Part shown: positions 49,351-60,926 of the stretch, in pieces
How positions within the stretch are numbered: the first letter of the stretch is position 1
How the letters are laid out: each line of letters starts with the position of its first letter
Assembly (NCBI GenBank): GCA_002104905.1
Contig: MCFE01000480.1
Span: 4,315 to 68,314, forward strand
DNA from: Basidiobolus meristosporus CBS 931.73
Taxonomy: Eukaryota > Fungi > Basidiobolomycota
Length of the DNA: 64,000 nucleotides
Direction of reading: 5' to 3'
The notes under the pieces: generated by a model
Database searches by the model: none
The model's input: only the letters and a program-made list of their open reading frames with translations
Told to the model about the DNA's origin: nothing
Program-made: the position numbers and the translations under genes

Positions 49351-50610
49351 CAAGTTAACTCTAACATCAAGGCAATTGCCTCAAAAGGCACTTTACTCTT
49401 TCTTCTGGCATTTTGAGGCCTCCACTCCAATGTTTTTAAGTTTTCCTTTTATGATGGCAAGTTCCCAAGTAGTTGGATACCTTGCAATGGTGGCATTCTC
49501 TGGTGTGAGTGCCATGCAACTGTTAATACATGCTGGTATCAGGATGGTCACTGGGTCATTTGTTGCCAGTTACATGATAGTTTTCTATTTGTACCATGTA
49601 CATGGTAAGTTGCATCCTGGAATGATATGGGCAAGAAGTTGTAGTAAATCCTTAAAGCCCCCACTACTGATATTGGTGAAAACACACCACTTTTCTAGCC
49701 ATAACATCACATCATCAACAGTAAATGGATTACTGGGTGCACTTGACTCTATCAAGTATCCTTGTCATCTTTGTCTTCTAGTGTTATCTCATTGCATATT
49801 GGTATCTGACTGGGCTTGTGCATGGCACTGTTGATACAGGATATAGGCTCACAATTCATCAGTGAGCCTTCTTCAAAGTTATCACCTTGCATGCCATATT
49901 CCAAAGGCTGAGGTGAGCCTAAAGGCATTACAAACTCACCTGACCCAGTTTGAGCAAGGTCACAAGTGTGGCTAAGTGCCATTACACAAGTATTAGGTGG
50001 CTGTTAAGATACAGTTAGTAAAGTAGTGACTGGTGATTGCTGAATGATTGTTTATGCTTTCCAGCAGGATCTTAGTAGATGGCCTTCATGTGAAATTGCA
50101 TATTATTATATGCACAGGATATCTCCTAGCCATCAGCAAGATGGCTGGCTTTTTTGGGTACAGTAGACAGTATTGCTTTCAAATGCATTAGATCTCAGTG
50201 ATTTGCTCTGTAATTCAAGCACATTATTATTGAATACACACAGTCACCAAGAACACTTATTTCCTGCAGCAAAAACATACAAAAGTCCACATGCAATTGC
50301 AGCAAAGTCTGCAAGCTATAAGTAGTTAGACTTGTTCCATCATTCCAGCTGATCATAGTGCCCAATAGTGCCATAGCATGCCGTATGGTGCCTGATCATG
50401 CCACAGAGTACCAGATGGTGCCATACAGTGCCAATTTGGGATCAAAATTGACATGCATATGACCCTAAAATATCAAATTAATAACAAAATATACAGCTCT
50501 CTCTGGCACTATGATCAATGGCACAATGGAACAAGTCTATTAGCCAGAATATGGGATTAATTGGAAACCAGAGATACTGATGATAGAGGGAATCTGTTGG
50601 AGCAAAATCA
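49351..50610. mobile_element. Rearranged CACTA transposase fragments (5' part on -, a central part on +)
   Basis: 49752-49982 is homologous to the transposase N-terminus at 26013-26303 and 31029-31238; 50100-50610 is homologous to 32000-33340. Confidence 0.65.
50328..50538. mobile_element. 211-bp MITE of the AGACTTGTTCC family
   Basis: Termini AGACTTGTTCCAT..ATGGAACAAGTCT; internal GTGCC/GGCAC repeats; flanks GTT/ATT, with ATT at the empty site (~32209). Confidence 0.85.
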
Positions 50611-53600
50611 GATAAGATCTCCACAGGGCATCCAAACTTCATCAGGATCTCATGGTAAATGAAACTTGCAACTTCTTGTTCACTGGCTATTGGCACTTCT
50701 TTGTGGCTTGCCTTGATTGGTTTGGCAGTTTGGGCATGTTTTCACTAGCTTCTCAGTATCTTGTTTCATTCTGGGCCACCATGCTCTGGCTTTCACAGGG
50801 CTATAGGTTCCTTCAATCCCAAGATGTCCATATCCATTGTGTAGCTTATGTATTAAATCCAGGCAAGCAACATAAGGTCAATAGGCAATAGGGCTTCCAT
50901 CAACAATTTGGTAGAGTGTTTCATCCTGTACAACAAATTTGCTGGCTTCATCCTGGATTATCTTCTTGATATCTTCATCCACCTCATTAGGAATGGCTTG
51001 GTCCTCCAAGTACTTTGGTAATAGGCTAGGCCAATCTGATTCATGCACCAAGTTGAGTTGTGCAACTTGATCTAATCTTGATAAGGCATCAGCAACCGTG
51101 TTGGTTTTTCCAGGGCAGTAGACAATCTCCAGGTCAAATTGCTGAATGTATTCACTCCATCTTGTCATTCTTCTAGAGAGTACCTTCTGAGTAAATATAT
51201 ACTTGAGGGAGGCATGATCAGTCTTCACAGTGCATTTGACTCCTCCAATATAACATCTCCATGTCTTCAAACAGTGTATTATAGCAAGCATCTCCTTCTC
51301 ATGGACTGGATAGTTTTGTTCTGCTGAGTTCAGTTTCTTGTATTCAAAGGCAACAGGGTATTCCTTTCCCTCATGTTCTTGGCTCAGCACTCCACCAATT
51401 GCATAATCTGAAGCCTCTGTGCACAGAGTGAACTCTTTTCTGAAGTCTGGTATTCTTAAGCTTAGCAGCTTAGCAAGTTCATTCTTGAGCGTCTGGAAGG
51501 CAGTCTCACAAGCTATGTCCCACTTGTAGGCATTGTCTTTCCTGAGGATATCAGTTAATGGGGCCGCAATACTTGCAAACGACTTGACAAATCTCCAATA
51601 ATAGGAAACCATTCCAAGGAATGATCTGAGCTCTGATATGCTATGGGGCTGTTTCAGTTTCTTGATTACTTCCACCTTCTTTGGGTCTAAGGTTACTGCT
51701 GTGCTAGTTGCTATGTGTCCCAGGTATTCAACGTGCTCCTTGAAGAATTCACACTTGGCTAGCTTGCCATATAGCTTGTTCTCTCTTAGTTTCTTCAAGA
51801 CCTTTTCAATGTGTACAACGTGATCCTCTTCTGTCTTGCTGTATATCAATATGTCATCCAGGTAGATTATCACAAACTTGTCCAAGTACTCCTGAAAGAC
51901 AGTCTGCATCAGCGTCATGAATGTTGCAGGGGCATTAGTGAGGCCAAACTCATGACTAAATACTTGTAATGTCCATATCTGGTCCTAAATGCTGTCTTAG
52001 AAATATCTTCTGGTTTCACCCTAATTTGGTTGTATCCTGACATGAGGTCAATCTTGCTGAAAATAGTGGCTCCATTAAGTTGGTCCAAAAGCTCAAGGTA
52101 TGGGGTACTTATTATTGATGGTAACTGAGTTCAGGGCTCTGTAGTCAATGCACATCCCAAGTGTTCCATCCTTCTTTTCACAAAAGCACTGATGCTCCCC
52201 AGGGTGACTTGCTGGGCCTGATGTATCCTTGCTCCAATAGCTGATCAATTTGTCTCTTCATTTCCTCAAATTCCAATGGACTCATTCTGTAAGGTGTCTT
52301 GCTCACTGGAGGGCTATTTCCTGTGTCAATGGCATGATCCATGTCTCTGACTGGTGGTAGGCTTACAAGCTCATCTGGGAACACATCTGAATATTTCTTC
52401 AAGAGAGTCTGGACCTGCTGGGGTGCTGGGGTAGAGGAATCCTCCTGTAATACTGCCATGAGGAACATCTTGGTACCTTTTCTAAGTGCTCTACAGAACT
52501 GGGTCTTGCTAAGTTCACTTGTCTCACACACACTGGAATTGACCAAGTTGAAATCCAGCCTGGCAGGTAATAGCTCATAGGTCTTGTTGTCTTTTTGGTT
52601 CTGAGTAGCATGGGTTCTCCAGTTGATTGATGGATTACAACAAAATAGCCAGGTTTTTCCAAGTACAAGGTCAAACTTGCAGTTCCCAAATATATAGGCC
52701 TGTAGGTCTTCTTCATAGCCATTGATCTTCATTCTTACTGGCTGGGTAATACGGTTGACTATGTGAGAGCTCCCATCAGCTGTGGAGACTGAAGTTGATT
52801 TGGTAGGTTCTGAGTTGATTCCTGCTTTCAGAGTAAATTGCTCTGACATGTACTCATGCAATACTCCTGAGTTAATCATGATCTTGGCAGGTACTCCATC
52901 AATTACTCCATTCAAGCATAATAGCTTTCCTGAGTTTTAGGTCATCTGGGATAGGTATTCTTCTGTCATGTGGAAGGTGAGTTCTGAGTCTTCTTCAAGC
53001 TCATCCTTCATGTTACTATGCTCCATGGCCTCAATATGGTTAAAGGTTCTTGATGGCTGGTGTCCATTTCTTCTCTGAGGGCAGTACTTTGCAATATGTC
53101 CCTGCTGGTGGCAATTGAAGCAAAGTCCTTTCTTCTTGCATTCTTCTGAGGAGGGATTCTTCTGCATAGCATCTATTTCCATTGGTACTGCTTCTGATTG
53201 TCTTCTTTCATAATGATTGTAGCCTTTCTGATTAGTCACTGTAGGCTTCCCTACTCCAAACATAGCTGAGTCATAGTCAACAACAATCTTGATGGCTTCT
53301 TCAATAGTCTGAGGTCTTTGGTAATTCACTTCCTTGCAAGTTCTTTCTTTCAACCCATCAATAAAGTATTCAACTTGATCCAAGTGGTCCATTCTTTCAA
53401 TTTGTCCAAGTAGACATCTTTACTCATAGATGTATTCTTGCACCATTCCTTTCTGTCTGAGTATCTTTAACTTCCTTCTTAGTAGTGTCTGCTGGTGTGG
53501 AGGTTCAACAGCATCCTGAATTTCCGACACAAACTCATCCCAGGTAGAGATTGTAGAGCATCCCATCATAGTGGCTGACCTGATCTTGTTGTGGTACCAC

Positions 53601-54316
53601 TGTAAGGCTGCATCTGCCAGGTAAGAAGCTGCATAATGCAACTTGCTTTCTGGAGCAATTCCTTTAGCTTTAAAAGCTTCTTCAATCTGGAAGAGCCAAG
53701 TTCCCAGGTTTTCATTGACTCTGCCATGGTACCGGTTGACCTTCACACTAAAGTTGCTCTTGACAGGGCTTTGCTGGCTCTGAGCCATGGTAGTCATTCC
53801 TTGTTGCTATTGGCTGAGGATCTGGAGTAACTGTTGCTGTTGGGCCAGGATTTGCTGCATGGCATCCTTCCATTCTTGATTGTCCGACATCTTGAGGGTG
53901 GTTTCTTCTTTCTTCAGGAGGGTGGTTTCTGGTTTTTGCTGCTACCAATGTTACAAGTCTTGGTATAAGAGTTGTAGAGGAATAGGGAGTTTAGCCAGTA
54001 TTGTATTCACTAAAACTTGAACTGATTTTTATTGAGGTTCCAGCAGCTCCTTCTTTACATTATGCCAGATCAATTGCTGACTAATTGTATTTCCTAATGT
54101 AGGTTGTGGCTGATGACTCATTTGATTGCATCATCATCACCCAATAAGATCCTACTTAATATATCTATTTCTGTCTGATAAGGATCTGCTGATTCATTTG
54201 CTGACTAATGCTACTGATTTCATAGATAATACTGAAATACTGATAACCTAAGCATATACTAATTGATTTGACTAAAAACTGATCTAACTTAAGCATTCAA
54301 GCGGCAGATCATAACA
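50611..54316 (-). mobile_element. Ty3/Gypsy retrotransposon, 5' LTR 53949-54316, single-frame gag-pol with stops, 3'-truncated in integrase
   Basis: 368-bp LTR TGTTA..TAACA; PBS TGGTAGC; gag with CCHC knuckle CFNCHQQGHIAKYC; protease (active site reads NSG); RT with YLDDILIYS; RNaseH (CTEASDYAIGGVL, DHASL, DALSR); partial integrase. Confidence 0.92.
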
Positions 54317-54676
54317 CATGATGCTCAACAGTCTTGATGCACTATACATTTATTTGAGCAGACCTAAATAGCCAATGCATCTAATTTCCTTGTATAGCAA
54401 GAAACTTGACAGTGCTCTGACAGCCACATTGCAAGACTTTGCGGGCATTATAATGGCAGTACAGCTGTGTAGTATGGTAATCATACACCCCACAGGCAAG
54501 TTTATCCATATATCTATAAAGATGCACTTATTCATGCTTTATCTTACCAGTATCATGCCATTTTTCTTTGCCAGAATTTTTAATATTACTTCCATATCAT
54601 GTTCATCTTGACTAGTTATTGGCATAAGTTATCCTAAATGTTATTCAGCTTTGTAACCACCATATGTAACTACACT
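54317..54676 (-). mobile_element. CACTA 3'-region fragment
   Basis: Homologous to ~18740-19200 and ~56620-57050. Confidence 0.65.
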
Positions 54677-56398
54677 AGAATTGATCCATTGGATAGTGCT
54701 ACATAGTGCTAGATTGAACTAGAACTCTACAGCACTATCTGGCACTATAACATCTACAATGATGCCAGTTGTAAGATGCAGCTACTGGTAACTTTACTCA
54801 CGCTTATTTATGTTGCTCAGAATAGTGCTTTTCTTGCTTTATTCACTCTTCAAAATGCTCCAGACACATTTCTCTCAGTGGATGTCTTCATATATGAGTA
54901 TACTACACATGGATAAGTATCTTAACTATTTTACCTACTCTGCTGTTTTTTTCTATATATGACTTTCCACTCTAATTACTTGCTAATATGCTGAATCACT
55001 TCAAATATCCAAATATATGCTCTACCCTCACTCCAAAATGATTAAGCATCTTATTGTAGGTCATCTGCATCCTGCTAAGCACACCATTCCTTGGCTTCCT
55101 GTAAGCTGTAACACATCCTAACCTCTGAAAATCCTCTCCCATGTGAGCTAGATCTGCATATACATTTCTCTCCTCTACTGAATTCTAGAAGACTCTCTAC
55201 TCAGGGTGCTCAGTCATGCTTACTTCCGGTAAATGGCCCACTGAACCAGATGATGTTACCCTTAATGTCAAACAGTGCTTGAAACTTTATACAATGTGCC
55301 TTATGTTTGCCAGAATAAAAGTGCCTCTGCCCTCTAGAAGGTTTGTTAATCCTGACTGGGAAGGCATCCAAAACACTCCTGATATGGAACCTGTTGCTGA
55401 ACTCTCTGGAATATGGAAGTTTATTGAAGCTTCTGAGCCTAGTATTCCCGGCTTATTCTAAGTCATTCTTACCCTTGGCAAGGTGGTTCTCCATTGCTGT
55501 CAGCTGGGAATGAAAGCTTCTAGGACTTTTGTTTCCATGGATGGTAGGATGAGACCTTGTAGAGCAATAGTTCTTATACTAGCAGAGAAGCTTAACAAGT
55601 GATATCTTTTAGTAGATAGGGGCAGATGGTCCACAGTACTTGGAATAGATCTTCTCTAATGTATAAAATGGAAATCCAGTGGTAGTGATAGGATTGATGA
55701 GAAAAGACCAATCAAATGAATTAGTCATGTTAAAATTGGTAGGTTATCAAGCAGATGTGGATTAAACTGATTTGTTATGATCAGCCTAATTTCTCTGATT
55801 TTCCATGCATTATGATTAAATCTTCATCAATTGCCATGTATCCAATCATTATGTTGCAAAAATTATCCTCAAACAATGACTTGGTGATTTTATTGATGAT
55901 TTAATCACAAGTCTATAATCAAATAGGAAATTGCTGTTGGTGTACCCTGATCCCTGTCAGTGTCGTTCAAGATGAGTCATGCTTGATATGTGGAAAATTC
56001 AACAATCACATTAGTTATTATATATATTTCATATAAGACCAAGTTGATGCAATTATACTACTGTGTATGTACCCAAATCCATCACTATGGTCCCTATTCC
56101 AAGTCTTAATTTGTCATTGGTACAACCCAGACAAAACCCATCCCCCAGCTTGCAGGCATGGCCTGGACTGGAAAAGTCAGTGTTGGATCTGTTCAAATTC
56201 TTGCCAAATGACTCTGGTATGGCTCAAGTGTCTATGAAGAGCCTTCATAGAGATATTTGGGCACTACTCATTAATCTAGCAGAACGGGATACATCAAAGA
56301 GCCATCAGTGATGGAAGAATTTGAGTAGAAATCTGTGGCTTAAGTTTGCATCATGATGCCAGCAGATGCATGCAAGAAGATATGTAACAAGACAAATA
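54677..56398 (-). mobile_element. PHIS-type (DDE_Tnp_4) element copy 1, degenerate, cut by a CACTA at 56399
   Basis: Degenerate terminus AGAATTGATCCATTGGATAGTGC preceded by ACT; collinear with 59337-60926; transposase remnant at ~54840-55730. Confidence 0.85.
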
Positions 56399-58355
56399 CC
56401 CCATAAAAAATAATTTGGTAATGCAGGTTGATTCTAATATGGATCAGCTGTTGTGATCCCAGCAGGAGACTGCAACAACATCAGCAGTCTGGAATAATGA
56501 CCATCTAAACAATCTTACAACAGGATCACAACTGCATTTGGCTAATTTTACAGCCAAATAAAGCTAAAAACATTACGGTGTTTGTATGGTATTTTGCCAA
56601 GGGTGGCATAGCATTGTTGCAGTCTTAGTGCACTCTACAACTATTTGAGTGGAACTAATCAGCTAGTATGTCCAATTGCCTTACATGGCAAAAGCTTGAT
56701 GGTGTTTTGACAACCTCATTGCAAGCCTTTGATGGCATTATCACCGCAGTATGGAGGCCTACAGCTAGTTTTGTATAATGCTACCTTACCAATTTACAAA
56801 AAAATGGCTTTTTTATTATTTTCTACCTCTCCTTGTGCAATTCAAATGATCCACTGTAGATTCACCCCTCTTTAGTTGCTGACCCACTACTACCTTGGGT
56901 ATCCCACATATAGTTTGATCTAAGAATACTGTGGCCTTCTGCTTACTAACCCCACAAACATGCACATCTGCTGCTATTGAGATGCTTCTATCAACTCAAC
57001 TTAATGGCTTTTTAGTATGATACTGGCAAAGTTGTCATAAACCTTGTACTGCCAGTAATATATACATCTTACAAATACATAGTTAGTTGCCATTACTTCT
57101 GCCATAAATACCTCCTGAATATCTGCTAAGTACTTTTTGGTATTTAGCTAATATATTCCTTCTCACTGATGGATTCTGGTCCCCCTTATAGATGTGCCCT
57201 GGCTCTTGTTTGTGTAAATTCCATGTTGAATGGTGTAGAGATTGGCTTGTGACCAAGAGAAATCTGGCTTATCTTGGTAGAGTTTTCCTAATAAAGATTA
57301 GTGGCTTGTTGCACCCACCCCAACTTTGCATTACTAAACTGATTACCCAAACATTGGGGCTGCTTAGCTTCTTAATGCCATAGGCATAGATGTCTCCATG
57401 TGCATACCTGTCCTCAGTATTTTCCAACTCTTCCTGGCTGTTGTCTGTGTGCCAACCCACCACAATCATGGCAGACTTGAATGTAATATTCATTATGAGA
57501 TTGGGATATGGTAGTACATGCATCTTCCTATCTCCCAACACATCTGCTCCATAGGAAACTCCCAAAAGGTAAAGCAAGGTCCAATATTCTCAACATACCA
57601 AGCAAGATGGAGTAGCAAGTGAATGTGGTAGCAGCAGATATCTATGCATTCAGCTTTATGTTTGTAGTATATCTGCTCAAATCTAATTGCAAACCCTTTG
57701 CACAAAAGCTGTATTTGCATCACACTGGCATTGGTGATCCACTTCTGAATAAATAATCCTACAATGCCCATATATGACTTCCAATGCTTCTAATGTACTC
57801 TTGGTAGAAATGGCATCAGAAGTCCACTTGAATAAAAGATATCCAGCTCATCCAGTCCCTGCACTTGTATTGCTTCATACACATATGAATTTTGGCTTGA
57901 ACCCGTGAGAAATACTTATGGTAGCAGACACTCTGTGAAATCTTGACAATTCTTTCAAGTATCTCTGGTATCTCAAAGGGCTCAGTTAGCTTGAAGTGCC
58001 CCATGTACAACTTGGTCATCAGTATAGAGATATTGTTGAAAAGCAAACGCATTGCACCCAGTGGAAAGCTTTTGCTCCAACAGATACCCTCTATCTTTAG
58101 TATCTCTGGTTTTCAATTAATTCCATGTTCTGGCCAAAGGCCAATAGCTTGCCAACTTTGCTGCAATTGCATGCTGACTTCAGTACATTCTCTCTGCAGA
58201 AAGATGATGTTCTTAGTGTTGGTGTATGAATAATAATGTGTGTAAGTTATGGAGTAAATCCCCTGGATCTCACACGTTTGACAGCAATACCATCCATTTT
58301 GCCCAGAAAAGCCAGCTATCTTGCTGATGGCTGGGGTTTCTCCAATACAGATAAT
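56399..58355 (-). mobile_element. CACTA copy zeta (terminus plus 3' half of transposase), cut by a PHIS element
   Basis: Terminus CCCCATAAAAA at 56399; ORF fragments HLLLHLAWYVENIGPCFTFWEFPMEQMCWEI. Confidence 0.8.
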
Positions 58356-59336
58356 AGACTTGTTCTGTTGGATAGTGCCACATAGTGCCAGCCTGTTTAT
58401 AGTGCCAGATCAATCTGGCACTCTATGGCACCATCTGGCACTATATTTTATACCATAATGCCAGTGGTAGAATATAGTTACTGGTAATTTTACTCAATCT
58501 TACTTATGTTGCTCAGAATAGTGCTTTCCTTGCTTTATTTACTCCTCATAATCCTACAGACACATTTCTCTCAGTGGATATCTTCTTGTATGAATATACT
58601 ATGAATTAATAAGTATCTTAACCATTTTACCTATTCTGCTATTTTCTCCTATATATGTCTTTCATCTGTAATTACATGCCAATATGCTGAATCACTTTGG
58701 ATATCCAAATGTATGCTCTACCCTCACTCTGAAATGATTAATTATCTCATTGTAGAGCTTCTGCTTTCTGCTAAGCACACCATCCTTGGTTTCCTATAAG
58801 CTGTAATACATTGTAATCTCTGACAATCCTCTCCTGTATAAGCCAAGTCTGCCATACTTTTCTCCCCTCTACTGAATTCTGGATGATTCTCTACCCAGAG
58901 TGCTTTGTCATGCCTGCTTCCAGCAAATGGCCCACTAAACCAGATGATGTTACCCTCAATGTCAGATGGTGCTTGAAACTTCACACAGTGTGCCTTGTTC
59001 TTGTCAGAATAAAAGTGCCTCTGCCCTCTTGACGGTCTGTTAATCCTGACTGGGAAGGTATCCAAAATACTCCTTATATGGAACCTGTTGCTAAACACTC
59101 TGGGATATGGGAGTCTATTGAAGCTTCTGAACCTAGTATTCCAAACATGCTCTAAGTCATTAATACCCTCTGCAAGGTGGTTTTCCATTGCAGTCAGCTG
59201 GGAATAAAAGCTTCTAGGACTTTTGTTGTCATGGATGGTGGGATGAAACCTTGTAGGGCAATAGTTCTTGTAATAGCCAAGAAGCTTGGCAAGGGATCTC
59301 CATGACTAGATTGGGGTAGATGGTCCAAAGTATTTT
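58356..59336 (-). mobile_element. PHIS-type element copy 2 (transposase pseudogene 58539-59336, 5'-truncated by copy 3)
   Basis: Terminus AGACTTGTTCTGTTGGATAGTGCCACA after AAT; ORF 58742-59188 is highly similar to the copy 3 protein; 1-bp deletion near 58783. Confidence 0.88.
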
Positions 59337-60926
59337 AGACTTGTTCCGTTGGATAGTTCCACATGGTGCCAGCCTGTTTATAGTGCCGGATCAACCTGGC
59401 ACTCTACGGCACTATCTGGCACTATAATTTCTACCATGATGCCAGTGGTATGATACAGTCACTGGTAATTTTACTCAATCTTACTTATGTTGCTCAGAAT
59501 AGTGCTTTCTTTGCTTTATTTACTCTTCATAATGCTCCAGACATATTTCTCTCAGTGGATGTCTTCTTGTATGAACATACTGTGCATTAATAAGTATCTT
59601 AACTATTTTACCTATTCTGCTGTTTTCACCTATATATGACTTTCCTCTGTATTTAACTGCCAATATGCTGAATCTCTTCAGATATCCAAATGTGTGCTCT
59701 ACCCTTACTCTGAAATGATAAGATATCTCATTGTAGAGCTTCTGCTTCCTGCTAAGCACACCATTCCTTGGCTTCCTAAAAGCTGTAATACATCCTAATC
59801 TCTGACAATCCTCTCCTATATAGGCTAAGTCTGCCATACATTTCTCCCCCTACTGAATTCAGGATGATTCTCTACCCAGAGTGCTTTGTCATGCCTACTT
59901 CCAGCAAATGGCCCACTAAACCAGATGATGTTACCCTCAATGTCAGACAGTGCTTGAAACTTCACACAGTGTGCCTTGTACTTGCCAGAATAAAAGTGCC
60001 TCTGCCCTCTAGAAGGTCTGTTAATCCTCACTGGGTAGGTATCCAAAATACTCCTTATATGGAACCTGTTGCTGAACACTCTGGGATATGGAAGTCTATT
60101 GGAGCTTCTGAACCTAGTATTCCAAGCTTGCTCTAAATCATTCATACCCTCTGCAAGGTGGTTCTCCATTGCTGTCAGCTGGGAATGAAAGCTTCTAGGA
60201 CTTTTGTTGCTATGGATGGTGGGATGAAACCTTGTGGGGCAATAGTTCTTGTAATAGCAGAGAAGCTTAACAAGGGATCTCCTTGAGTAGATTGGGGTTG
60301 ATGGTCCACAGTACTTGGTATAGATCTCCTCCAGTGTGTCAAAAGGAAATCCAGTGGTAGTGATGGGATTGATGAGAAAAGACCATTCAGATGAGTAAGT
60401 CATATTAAAATTGATGGATGGTTGTATAAAGGCGGTTTGAATTGATTTGGTGCAATCTGCGTTATTTATCTGATTTTTAACACATTATGCTTAAATCTCC
60501 ATCAATTGCCATGTATCCCATCATTATGTTGCAAAAATCATCCGCAAACAATGCCTTGGTACTTTTATTGATGCTTTAATCATAGGTCTATAATTAAATA
60601 GGAAATCTGCAATTGATGTGATCTGATCCATGTCAACGCAATCCAAGATGCATCATGCATAATATATGGAAAATTCAACAATCACTTTAGTTTTCATATA
60701 TATTTCATACAAGACCAGGTTGATGCCAATATACTGCTGTATAAGTATCCAAATCCGTTGCTATGGTCCCCATACCAAGCCTCAACTCATCTTTAGTACA
60801 ACCCAGACAAAACCCATCCCCCAGCTCACAAGCGTGGTCCGGACCGGAAAAGTCAATGTTGGATCCGTTCAAGTTCTTGCCAAATGCTTTTAGTATGGCC
60901 CAAGTGTTTATGATGAGCCTTCATAC
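59337..60926 (-). mobile_element. PHIS-type element copy 3 with DDE_Tnp_4 transposase (59520-60403, one frameshift near 59850, ~294 aa when repaired)
   Basis: Terminus AGACTTGTTCCGTTGGATAG; motifs SILDTYPVRINRP..QRHFYSGKYKAHCVKFQ, IIWFSGPFAGSRHD, MADLAYIG and RVRVEHTFGYLKRF give the IS5/ISL2/Harbinger D-D-E triad; right part displaced by a Copia insertion. Confidence 0.9.
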
